NCBI GenBank assembly: GCA_964615045.1
Contig: CAZTOE010000002.1
Location: 1 to 45,098, forward strand
Length of the DNA stretch: 45,098 nt
DNA from: an uncultured Spirochaetales bacterium
GTDB taxonomy: Bacteria; Myxococcota_A; UBA9160; PR03
Reading direction: 5' to 3'
Shown here: one piece after another, positions 9,705-17,728 of the stretch
Numbering within the stretch: position 1 is the first letter of the stretch
How the letters are laid out: each line of letters opens with the position of its first letter
The notes under the pieces: model-generated
The model's input: only the letters and a program-made list of their open reading frames with translations
Told to the model about the DNA's origin: nothing
Databases searched by the model: none
Program-made: the position numbers and the translations under genes

Positions 9705-11257
9705 GCCGCCCCCCGCTGGGCCAGCCGCTGTCGTGCCTCGACGCGGTCGTCGAACGGAAGGCGTTCCCGGCCGACGATCTGATAGTCCTCGTGACCCTTT
9801 CCCGCGATCACGACCGTGTCGTCCGGCCGCGCCACTCCGATCGCGAGCGCGATGGCTTCGCGGCGATCGGCACAGCGCGTATAGCTGCGCTCGCGCTCGG
9901 CGAGCGCTGCAGCGGGCACTGCCGTCATCCCCGCGAGCCCCACCTCCACATCATCGAGGATCGCCTCGGGATCCTCCGTGCGCGGGTTGTCGCTGGTGAG
10001 CACGGCCAGGTCACTGTGACGCGCAACGGCCGCCGCCATGGGGGCGCGTTTGCTCCGATCGCGGTCGCCGCCGCAGCCAAAGACCGTGATCAAGCGACCC
10101 GTCGCGATCGGCCGCACGGCGGCCAGGAGCTTTTCGACCGCGTCCGGGGTGTGGGCGTAGTCGACCAAAACCGTCGGGAGATCGCCCCGACCCGGATCGA
10201 CGCGCTCCAAGCGCCCGGGCACCTGCGGACACGCGGCGACGCCCCGCGTGATCGCTTCCCGCGAGACGTCCGTCGCGATGGCAATGCCCACCGCGACGAG
10301 CAGATTCTCGATGTTGAAGCTGCCGAGGAGGGGCGAGCAGAGCTCGAGCTCGGTGTCTTCACCCCCGAGGCGAACGCGAGTTTCGCGGAGGCTTGTCGCG
10401 GTCTCACGCACCCAAAGCTGCGCGTCTGCGCGCGGTTCCCGCGCCACCCCGATCACCCGCGCGCCGCGCTCCCGCGCCGCGCCCACGAAGTGGGCGGCGT
10501 GAGCATCCTCGAGATTCACCACCGCCGTCCCGGAGGCGTCGACCAGCTCTCGGAAGAGCATCAGCTTGGCCTCGCGATAGCGCTCCATGGTGGAGTGGAA
10601 GTCGAGATGATCTTGGGTGAGGTTGGTAAAGGCGACGACCCGGAAACGGCACCCCGCGGTGCGGCCGATTTCGAGGCCATGGGACGAAACCTCCATGACG
10701 ACGTCGGTGATCCCACGGTTTCGCATCGCGCGCAACAGCTGCTGGAGCTCGAGGCTCTCCGGCGTGGTGTTAAGGGAACGATACGTCTCGTCGGCAAAGC
10801 GCGTCTCAACGGTCCCGATGAGTCCCATCGCCCGACCCGCGGCCCGCCACATCGACTCGACCAGATAGGTGGTACTGGTTTTGCCATTGGTACCCGTCAC
10901 ACCCACCAGGTCGAGCTCTTCGGACGGGTTCCCGTAGAAACGGGCGGCCAGGGGCGCCAGGGCCCGCCGCGTATCCGGTACCGCGATGATCGGAGGAGCC
11001 GAACTGCGCCGGGAACTGAGGGAGTCGGGCAGCTCTTCGACGAGAAGCGCAGCGGCGCCCAGTGCGATCGCCTGGTCGAGATAATCGTGTCCGTCGCTCA
11101 CGGCGCCGCGCAACGCGACGAAGAGGTCACCGGGCGCGACGCGCCGCGAATCGATGCACAAGCCCCGTACCGGGCGGGCGCCGAGCTCGTCTTTCCCCGA
11201 AACCGAAGACGGCGTGCAGTTCGGCGGGAGTGCGGCGAGTAGGTCATCGAGGCGCAT
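9701..11257 (-). CDS. murE: UDP-N-acetylmuramoyl-L-alanyl-D-glutamate--2,6-diaminopimelate ligase MurE
   Basis: 518 aa with DSRRVAPGDLFVALRG, VTGTNGKTSTT and a DNPR motif (LTSDNPRTEDP). ATG 11257..11255 overlaps the ftsI stop by 1 nt (TGATG). Confidence 0.92.
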   Translation of the reverse strand: MRLDDLLAALPPNCTPSSVSGKDELGARPVRGLCIDSRRVAPGDLFVALRGAVSDGHDYLDQAIALGAAALLVEELPDSLSSRRSSAPPIIAVPDTRRALAPLAARFYGNPSEELDLVGVTGTNGKTSTTYLVESMWRAAGRAMGLIGTVETRFADETYRSLNTTPESLELQQLLRAMRNRGITDVVMEVSSHGLEIGRTAGCRFRVVAFTNLTQDHLDFHSTMERYREAKLMLFRELVDASGTAVVNLEDAHAAHFVGAARERGARVIGVAREPRADAQLWVRETATSLRETRVRLGGEDTELELCSPLLGSFNIENLLVAVGIAIATDVSREAITRGVAACPQVPGRLERVDPGRGDLPTVLVDYAHTPDAVEKLLAAVRPIATGRLITVFGCGGDRDRSKRAPMAAAVARHSDLAVLTSDNPRTEDPEAILDDVEVGLAGMTAVPAAALAERERSYTRCADRREAIALAIGVARPDDTVVIAGKGHEDYQIVGRERLPFDDRVEARQRLAQRGAA

Positions 11258-13320
11258 CAGCCGCCCTCATCGGTTGCCCCAAACCGCACCCGCACGACCT
11301 TCGCCCCCGCGACCAGGATGGTGCCGGGGGTGGGGTCCTGCGCGATCACGCGGCCCTCGCCTTCGAGACGAACGCGGATCGAGGTTTGAACCGAAAATTG
11401 CTCCACCTCCTCACGGGAAAGGCCGTGCAGGTCCGGGAGGAAGACACGGTCGCCCTCACGGAGCCAAGGCGCCGTCCGCCGCCCGCTCCTCAGGGTCGGC
11501 CGCGACGCGCCGCGCGTCGCCGAAACCGCCGGTGGCCCGGACGCGGCGGGCGCCGCGGACTTCGTGGACTTCGGCCCGCCGGCGACGCGAACGGTGGCGG
11601 CTTTACGCGCGGGTGCGTCCGCGTCCTCGCCAAAGACCGACTGCGCCGGGATTCCCAAATGCGTCAAGTGCGCGGCCGCGACTTGCGCGAACAAAGGCGC
11701 GGCGGCATCGCCGCCCGTGTGGTGCTTCCGCTCGGGCTCGTCGAGGCCGACCACGATCGCCACCGCCGGATTCTCGACTGGTGCGAAGCCCGCGAACCAC
11801 GCCACAAAGCGATCCTGCGCGTAGCGCCCGCTCTCGCGGTCGAGCTTCTGGGCGGTTCCCGTCTTCCCCGCCACGCCGACGCCTCTCAGGGCGGCGCGAA
11901 ATCCCGTTCCCCCAGGCTCGGTCACGCCCGCGAGCATTTCCGCAATCGCCGCGGCCACCGCAGGCGTGACCACCTCCCGGGATTTTGTGGGCGGCGTAGG
12001 CCGCCAATCTTCTCCCGAACCCCGGCGTGCCAGCACCAGGCGCGGGGAGCGCCAGCGTCCCCCAGAGGCCAAGGCGGCGGTTGCTGCAGCGAGTTGGATC
12101 GGTGTCGCGCTCATTCCCTGACCAAATGCGACGGTGGCTTGATCCACGGGTCTCCACTGGGCCCAGGGTCTCAAGAGACCGGCGGATTCCTCGGGGAACC
12201 CGCTGCCCGTTGGGGATCCGAAGCCGAAGCGACGCAGCGCCCGGTAGTAGGGTTCAGGCCCCAAACGCTGGGCGACGCGAACCGCTCCGGCATTGCTCGA
12301 AACGCGCAGGATTCCGGCGAGATCCAGGCTGGGGCGGGGTCGTTCGTCGCGGATCCATTTCCCGGGTACGCGGACACCGGCCGCGAGTTCAAACGGTTCG
12401 TCCCGCGTGACCGCCCCCGCATCGAGGGCGGCAGCGGCTAGAAACGCCTTGAGCGTAGAACCCGGTTCGAAAGCGTCCAGGAAAACGCGCGAGCGCGAGG
12501 CGCGGAAAGGCACGGAACGGAACTGGTTTGGGTCGAAACCCGGTGCTTCGGCCATCGCCAGCAGATCGCCGGTCGCGGGATCGAGGGTCACGACGAAGCC
12601 CTCGCGCGCTCCCGTGCGGCGAATCGCCACGGCCAGAGCTGCCTCCGCCTGGGCCTGCAAGGTGCTGTCGAGGGTCAACAGCACATCGCCCCCGGCGGTA
12701 GCGCGCGGATCGAGGCCCGGACCGATGAGCAGTCGCCCGCGCGCATCGCGCTCAACGCCCACGCGGAGCCGGCTGCCGGTCAGCCAAGCGTCCTCGAGAC
12801 GCTCAATGCCGCGAACGCCCTCGCCATCGATGTTCGAGAATCCCACCAGCGAGCCGCCCAACGCCCCGAGTGGGTAGGCGCGCTTGGGCTCGTCGACCAT
12901 CCCGACGCCCGCGAGTCCGAGCCGTTCGATCCGCTCCGCGACTTCCGGGCTGAGCCAGCGCTGGAGGAATACGAAACCGTCCCGGCCCGACATGCGATCG
13001 CGAAGCGATACGGCCGGTAGGCCGAGAAGCGGGCTCAGCTTCCGGGCGGCGGTATCGACGTCTTCCACTAACTCGGGGACCGCGTAGAGCGACGGCGTCG
13101 CCACGCTGACCGCTAGCGCAGTACCCGAACGATCGAAGATCCGCCCTCGCGCGGGCGCGAGCGTCACGGAACTCAAGAGTTGGCGGTCGCCGCGTTCGGC
13201 TCCGCGTTCGTCGATCGAGAGATACGCGGCGCGCGCGGTCAAAGCGAGGAAGGTCGCGATCATAAACCCCTGGGCCAATCGCACACGGCGCCGACAGTGG
13301 CGCAAATCCGCGGCCCTCAC
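11257..13320 (-). CDS. ftsI: Class B penicillin-binding protein / peptidoglycan D,D-transpeptidase FtsI with C-terminal PASTA domain
   Basis: Contains a TM helix (GFMIATFLALTARAAYL), the transpeptidase triad motifs STLK, SSN and KTGTA, and a C-terminal PASTA-like module (LPDLHGLSREEVEQF...GRVIAQDPTPGTIL). GTG 13320..13318 overlaps the ftsL stop (GTGA). The track's 13593 start lies inside ftsL. Confidence 0.88.
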   Translation of the reverse strand: MRAADLRHCRRRVRLAQGFMIATFLALTARAAYLSIDERGAERGDRQLLSSVTLAPARGRIFDRSGTALAVSVATPSLYAVPELVEDVDTAARKLSPLLGLPAVSLRDRMSGRDGFVFLQRWLSPEVAERIERLGLAGVGMVDEPKRAYPLGALGGSLVGFSNIDGEGVRGIERLEDAWLTGSRLRVGVERDARGRLLIGPGLDPRATAGGDVLLTLDSTLQAQAEAALAVAIRRTGAREGFVVTLDPATGDLLAMAEAPGFDPNQFRSVPFRASRSRVFLDAFEPGSTLKAFLAAAALDAGAVTRDEPFELAAGVRVPGKWIRDERPRPSLDLAGILRVSSNAGAVRVAQRLGPEPYYRALRRFGFGSPTGSGFPEESAGLLRPWAQWRPVDQATVAFGQGMSATPIQLAAATAALASGGRWRSPRLVLARRGSGEDWRPTPPTKSREVVTPAVAAAIAEMLAGVTEPGGTGFRAALRGVGVAGKTGTAQKLDRESGRYAQDRFVAWFAGFAPVENPAVAIVVGLDEPERKHHTGGDAAAPLFAQVAAAHLTHLGIPAQSVFGEDADAPARKAATVRVAGGPKSTKSAAPAASGPPAVSATRGASRPTLRSGRRTAPWLREGDRVFLPDLHGLSREEVEQFSVQTSIRVRLEGEGRVIAQDPTPGTILVAGAKVVRVRFGATDEGG

Positions 13321-13724
13321 GGTGCCGACTCCGCGCCCGTCGCGACGGCCCGACGCCGGATGTCGATCACCCGTTCCGGCGCGACGAGGCCGAGGGCCGC
13401 CGCCTCGCGTTGCAGGAGCATGGGATCGCGCAGACGTTGCAGCTCGACCGTGAGAAGTTGTTCCTCTTCGCGCAGCTCGCGCTCGCTGCGCAGCGCCTCT
13501 GCCAGTCGGTAGCGCAACGCGATGGAATTGGTCCGCAAGGACGCGAGCCCCGTTGCCGTGACCGCCAGGCCGACTCCCACGGCGACCAGCCACCCTCGAA
13601 GCGGTCGGGTCACGCGGGGTGCGACCCAGTCGCGGCTGCCGCTCGGTGCGCGCATGGCGGAACGAAGCGAGGCTCCTCGGCGAAACGACCGGCGCCGGGT
13701 CACCGTCGCGGTCCGCACACCCAT
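13317..13724 (-). CDS. ftsL: Cell division protein FtsL (bitopic, coiled-coil)
   Basis: About 135 aa: a basic N-terminus, a TM helix (WLVAVGVGLAVTATGLASL), then a coiled-coil region (RYRLAEALRSERELREEEQLLTVELQRL). It lies between rsmH and ftsI. ATG 13724..13722 overlaps the rsmH stop (TGATG). Confidence 0.8.
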   Translation of the reverse strand: MGVRTATVTRRRSFRRGASLRSAMRAPSGSRDWVAPRVTRPLRGWLVAVGVGLAVTATGLASLRTNSIALRYRLAEALRSERELREEEQLLTVELQRLRDPMLLQREAAALGLVAPERVIDIRRRAVATGAESAP

Positions 13725-14683
13725 CAGGCCGCCTCCACGAGGCGCTCGGCGGCGCGTAAGCGCGCCGAGCGCGCCCGCGGATTCGCCTCCACCTCGACGG
13801 CGCTCGGCCGCGTCGGGCGGCGCGTGATCACGCGGAGCCGCGGCTCGCGCCCGCAGGTGCACACGGGCTGACGGGGAGGGCAGATGCAGCCGCGCGCCTC
13901 CTCACGGAAATAACGCTTGACGACGCGATCCTCGAGCGAGTGATAGGAGATCACGACGAGGCGTCCTCGCGGAGCAAGCACCGAGACCGCACCGGAAAGG
14001 CCTTCGCTGAGTGCGCGCAGTTCGTCGTTCACGGCGATGCGCAAAGCTTGAAACACCAATGTGGCGGGATGATGACGTCGCCCGCGCCCGACTCCGGCGG
14101 CATCGACCGCGCGCAAAAGGTCCCCCGCGGTTCGCAGCGGCTGGTCTCGCCGCCTCTCCACCAGCGTGTGCGCGAGCCGCGCCGCGCCGGGAAGTTCTCC
14201 GTACTCGCGCAACCAATGCTCGAGGTCGTGCGCCGAAGCGCTCGCCAGAAGCTCGCGTGCGCCGTGGTCGAGGCGCCGGTCCATACGCATGTCGAGCGGC
14301 GTCTCCTCTGCGCTCTCGGCGGCGAAACGGAAGCCGCGTTCGGGACGGTCGAGTTGGTGCGATGAGACACCCAGGTCGAAGAGCACGCCGTCGACTCGAC
14401 CTCCACCGCACTGCTCCACCGCCGTTTCGATGAAACGGAAGGAGCACCTCAGCAAACACAAGCGGTCGGCGTCGGCCGCGAGGCGCCGGCGACTCGTTTC
14501 TAGGGCTTCTTCATCGACGTCCAGGCCGATCAGTGTTCCGGTCGGGCCGATCGCTTCGAGGATCGCCGCGGCGTGTCCTCCGCCGCCGATGGTCCCGTCG
14601 ACAACCCGAGCGCCCGGGCGCAGCGCAAGGTGATGAAGGCTCTCGGTGAGAAGAGCCGGCCGGTGGTATCGCGAACCGGCCAC
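13724..14683 (-). CDS. rsmH: 16S rRNA (cytosine1402-N4)-methyltransferase RsmH (MraW)
   Basis: Carries the SAM motif VDGTIGGGGHA, plus FDLGVSSHQLD and SYHSLEDR. The start codon is GTG at 14683. Confidence 0.92.
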   Translation of the reverse strand: MAGSRYHRPALLTESLHHLALRPGARVVDGTIGGGGHAAAILEAIGPTGTLIGLDVDEEALETSRRRLAADADRLCLLRCSFRFIETAVEQCGGGRVDGVLFDLGVSSHQLDRPERGFRFAAESAEETPLDMRMDRRLDHGARELLASASAHDLEHWLREYGELPGAARLAHTLVERRRDQPLRTAGDLLRAVDAAGVGRGRRHHPATLVFQALRIAVNDELRALSEGLSGAVSVLAPRGRLVVISYHSLEDRVVKRYFREEARGCICPPRQPVCTCGREPRLRVITRRPTRPSAVEVEANPRARSARLRAAERLVEAA

Positions 14684-14828
14684 GGATCGAATTCTCCCGC
14701 CGTTCCCGAACGGTCAAAGCCGCCCGAGAGACAGGGATGCCCCGGAGCCTCAGGCATGAATTCGCGGTCGCACCCCCCTTTGCTTCCGCGAACCACTAAA
14801 ACGAGGCTCCGGGGACACCCCCTCTCAA

Positions 14829-14850
14829 CCGGAGGCCATTCGGCCTCCGG
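14829..14850 (-). other. Perfect 9-bp GC-rich stem-loop in the mraZ-rsmH spacer
   Basis: CCGGAGGCC-ATTC-GGCCTCCGG read directly from the sequence. No U-tract follows on the transcribed (minus) strand, so it is not a canonical intrinsic terminator. Confidence 0.6.
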
Positions 14851-14874
14851 TCCCCCCCAGCGTTGAACTTCTCC

Positions 14875-14890
14875 GGAGCCCCGAGGCTCC
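14875..14890 (-). other. Second GC stem-loop in the mraZ-rsmH spacer
   Basis: GGAGCC-CCGA-GGCTCC (6 bp, extendable by one C-G pair), located 33 nt downstream of the mraZ stop. Confidence 0.45.
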
Positions 14891-14922
14891 GTTCATTTCC
14901 GGCAAGCGACCCGAGGGGCCGC

Positions 14923-15363
14923 TCACAAACCATTCTTCGCCACTTCTTGCGAGATCTCGCGGAATCGCGCCTGCGTTCGCGTGAGCTGCTCGTCGAAGCG
15001 CGCTTTGTCCCAGATTTCGATGCGCGGACCGACCCCGGCCAGGGTGGCTTCCTTCTCGAGCTTCGCGTGTTCGCGCAGATAGGGCGGAATCAAGATGCGC
15101 CCCTGCGCATCGACGGGACACTCGACCGCGCCCGAAATCATGAAGCGTTGAATTTCCTGCCCCTCGAGCATTAGCGGGTCGACCCGCACGAGGCGCTCCT
15201 CGAAGGCAGCCCAATCGCCGTACGGGTAGAGCGCCAGACACTCGAGCATGTTGGTGAGAATCGGAGGTCGATCGCTGCGCCGGGCCAGTTCGGCGCGAAA
15301 GGGGGCCGGGATGCTGAGCCGGCCCTTGGAATCGATGCTGTGCGCGTAGCGGCCTCGAAACAT
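14923..15363 (-). CDS. mraZ: Transcriptional regulator MraZ
   Basis: Begins MFRGRYAHSIDSKGRLSIPAPFRAEL, with a second SpoVT/AbrB-like repeat (VDAQGRILIPPYLREHA). It is 146 aa and is the first gene of the dcw cluster. Confidence 0.93.
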   Translation of the reverse strand: MFRGRYAHSIDSKGRLSIPAPFRAELARRSDRPPILTNMLECLALYPYGDWAAFEERLVRVDPLMLEGQEIQRFMISGAVECPVDAQGRILIPPYLREHAKLEKEATLAGVGPRIEIWDKARFDEQLTRTQARFREISQEVAKNGL

Positions 15364-15428
15364 CTCGCACTGCGTCCTCTCGATGATTCCCGGGCCCGCC
15401 GCCGTGCCTTCCCAGCCGATTCAGCCTT

Positions 15429-15474
15429 CCCACTTTTTCCCACCTCACCCCACTTGATGGTCTTATATCCCCAC
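15429..15474 (-). promoter_or_regulatory. Putative MraZ operator: four direct GTGGG boxes, three of them at exact 10-bp spacing
   Basis: Plus-strand CCCAC occurs at 15429, 15439, 15449 and 15470. On the mraZ strand these read GGTGGGGA, AGTGGGGT, AGGTGGGA and AGTGGGAA. The array lies 66-111 nt upstream of the mraZ ATG. Phased TGGG-type direct repeats are the described MraZ binding architecture in E. coli. Confidence 0.6.
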
Positions 15475-15490
15475 CGAATCCGATCCGCAA
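15462..15490 (-). promoter_or_regulatory. Candidate sigma70-type dcw promoter (Pmra-like)
   Basis: On the minus strand: TTGCGG (15490..15485), a 17-nt spacer, then TATAAG (15467..15462). One GTGGG box lies in the spacer and three lie just downstream of the -10. Confidence 0.45.
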
Positions 15491-15612
15491 GCAGAAAAGA
15501 GGTCCAAACCGCTGTTTTATCATCCTTTTTCGGTGGGGGGCCAAATTCCACAATATCTGGTATTGGAGACACATCTGGATATCTAAATATAGAGGTAGGA
15601 ATCAGGCGGCAA

Positions 15613-16680
15613 TCAGTTGCTGGCGCCGATCCCGGGAATGCGGCTCCCATGAATCGCGCGTAGCCCTTTGGAGATCGGGTGGAGCGGGCTCTCTCGAGCC
15701 AGGGCGGTGGGGGGGGGCACGCCGGGTTCGTGTGCGAGCATCATGTCGAGGACCGCACCAATCCCCTGCTCAAGACCGCTCGGGGCGTAGCCGCCCTCCA
15801 GCACGAAGGCGATGCGGCCGCCGCAACACTCCTCCGCCAGTGCCCGCACCACGCGGGTGAGATCGCGAAATCCCTGCTCTGACACGCGCATGTCAGAGAG
15901 CGGATCATCGACGTGGGCGTCGAGACCGCACGAGACGAGGATCACTTCGGGGCGGAAACTTCGCGCGACCGGAACCAGGACCCGTTGCAGCGCGCCGCAG
16001 TACTCCGCGTCGCCGCAGCCAGCCGGGAGAGGCACGTTGACCGTGGCGCCTTCGCCTTCGCCCCGCCCCGCTTCGCCGAGCGCTCCGGTTCCCGGATAGA
16101 AGGGGTACTGATGGGTCGAGAAGTAGAGAACGTCGCGGTCGCGCTCAAAAGTATGTTGGGTGCCGTTGCCGTGGTGCACGTCCCAGTCGAGGATCAATAT
16201 CCGCTCGACCCCGTCGACGCGCCGCAAGGCCTGGGCGGCTACGGCGACGTTGTTGTAGAGGCAAAAGCCCATCGCGCGGTCGACTTCGGCGTGGTGCCCG
16301 GGCGGCCGCACGGCGGCCAGCGCCGCGCGCGCCGGGCCGGCCACCACCGCTCGCGCGGCGTCGATGGCGGCTCCCGCGGCCAGGCGCGCGACCTCTGCGC
16401 TGGCGCTCGATATGAAGGTATCGGGGTCGAGGTGCGTGGGCGCGCGTTGCGCGGCGTCCTCGATGAGGGCTAGATGCGCGCGCGGGTGCACTGCCAGCAG
16501 CTCTTCGTCGGTGGCCGCGCGGACAGAGCGTCGCTCGAGGCGCTTCGCGGGCTCGGCGAACGACGCTTCGCGGGCGCGGATCGCGGCGCCTACCGCGGCC
16601 AGCCGCTCTGACCGTTCGGGATGCCCGGGAGGCGCTTCGTGCAGGCGGTAGCGCGCGTCTTCAAAGATCGCGACGTTCAT
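15613..16680 (-). CDS. Histone deacetylase-family (class II-like / acetoin utilisation-type) deacetylase
   Basis: Carries HPERSERL, RPPGHHAE, ILDWDVHHGNGTQ and LEGGY motifs. I prefer ATG at 16680 (MNVAIFEDARY...). The track start at 16749 would overlap the Shine-Dalgarno sequence and start of the divergent gene at 16740. Confidence 0.85.
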   Translation of the reverse strand: MNVAIFEDARYRLHEAPPGHPERSERLAAVGAAIRAREASFAEPAKRLERRSVRAATDEELLAVHPRAHLALIEDAAQRAPTHLDPDTFISSASAEVARLAAGAAIDAARAVVAGPARAALAAVRPPGHHAEVDRAMGFCLYNNVAVAAQALRRVDGVERILILDWDVHHGNGTQHTFERDRDVLYFSTHQYPFYPGTGALGEAGRGEGEGATVNVPLPAGCGDAEYCGALQRVLVPVARSFRPEVILVSCGLDAHVDDPLSDMRVSEQGFRDLTRVVRALAEECCGGRIAFVLEGGYAPSGLEQGIGAVLDMMLAHEPGVPPPTALARESPLHPISKGLRAIHGSRIPGIGASN

Positions 16681-16739
16681 GGAGCCGAGGGTATCGGAGC
16701 TGGGCGCCGCTGCCGAAGGCAGGGCGGTGAGGAGCACCC

Positions 16740-17708
16740 TTGTCTGCACTCAAAAGTGTCGCTCTGGTCGGCGTGCGCAGTTTCGTGGGCGGCGAGCTCG
16801 CGCGGCGGGTGGCCGCGCGGCGAGGGGGCCCGCGTCTGCTCGGAGTTGACCGACTTCGACCGCAGGGTTGGGCTCGCGAGGACGGCTTCGCGGCGATCGA
16901 TCTTACGGAGGCGAACGCGGCGGACCGGTTGGCGGCGACCTTGCGACGCGGAGCGGTCGAGGCGGTGGTGCACGCCGCCTACCGGCGCGATCCGACCCCC
17001 GATCTCGCGGCGGATCGCGAGTTCGAAGTGGAAGGCACGAAGCGCGTCCTGGAAGCAGTCGCCGACGCCGAGGTCGCAAAGTTGATCGTTCTATCGAGCA
17101 CCGCGCTCTACGGTCCCCACTCCGACAACCCGAATTATCTAACCGAAGATCATCCGCTGCGCGGCCATCCGGCGGCCCACTGTGTGGAGAACCGCGTAGC
17201 GGCCGAGAGGCTGCTGGCGGATTGGGCGAAAAGTCATCCGCGGGTCGCGGTGACGGTGCTGCGCTCCGCGTGGCTGCTGGGCCCGCGCTACCGCGATCGC
17301 GCGACGCGGCACTTCGCAAGCGCGGTCGTGACGGTGCCGCTGGGCTACGACCCCCTGCTGCAGTTCGTCCACGAAGAAGACCTGCTGCGCAGCTTTGAGG
17401 CCGCACTCTTCGCTGACCATCCCGGCCTCTACAATGTAGTGGGACCCGGTGTGCTCCCGCTCTCGACGCTCTTGCGCCTGGCCGGCAAACGCGCGCTTCC
17501 CGTCCCGCATCCCCTGCTCTATCGGCTCCGGAAGGGCGTCGAGCGGGCACGCTATGGCGACGCGCCGGCGGGCTTCTACGATTACTTGCGATTCCTCTGG
17601 GTCGCGGATGGGGCACGCGGCTGGGAGGCCTTTGGGGAGCCTCACTATTCGACGCGCGAGGCCTGGATCGCCTTTACTTCGGCCGCGCGCATGCGGCACT
17701 ACCGGTAA
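16740..17708 (+). CDS. NAD(P)-dependent epimerase/dehydratase-like atypical SDR
   Basis: Rossmann-like N-terminus (VALVGVRSFVGGELA) and extended-SDR layout (VVHAAY..., LIVLSSTALYG). The usual YxxxK position reads CVENR. TTG start at 16740 follows a GAGGAG Shine-Dalgarno sequence 5 nt upstream. Confidence 0.65.
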   Translation: MSALKSVALVGVRSFVGGELARRVAARRGGPRLLGVDRLRPQGWAREDGFAAIDLTEANAADRLAATLRRGAVEAVVHAAYRRDPTPDLAADREFEVEGTKRVLEAVADAEVAKLIVLSSTALYGPHSDNPNYLTEDHPLRGHPAAHCVENRVAAERLLADWAKSHPRVAVTVLRSAWLLGPRYRDRATRHFASAVVTVPLGYDPLLQFVHEEDLLRSFEAALFADHPGLYNVVGPGVLPLSTLLRLAGKRALPVPHPLLYRLRKGVERARYGDAPAGFYDYLRFLWVADGARGWEAFGEPHYSTREAWIAFTSAARMRHYR

Positions 17709-17728
17709 CGCGGTCGGAGGCGACGATC

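Noticed and set aside
14530-14866. ORFs 14530..14796 (minus) and 14573..14866 (plus) in the mraZ-rsmH spacer, considered as possible small genes.
   Set aside because: The translations are low-complexity (R/P/G/S), have no Shine-Dalgarno sequence or recognisable motif, and overlap the rsmH 5' end. I interpret the region as structured non-coding spacer.
14825-15650. ORFs 14825..15574 and 15171..15650 (minus), which span mraZ and its upstream region.
   Set aside because: They are out of frame with the clearly identified mraZ and run through the promoter/operator region. The sequences are composition-driven.
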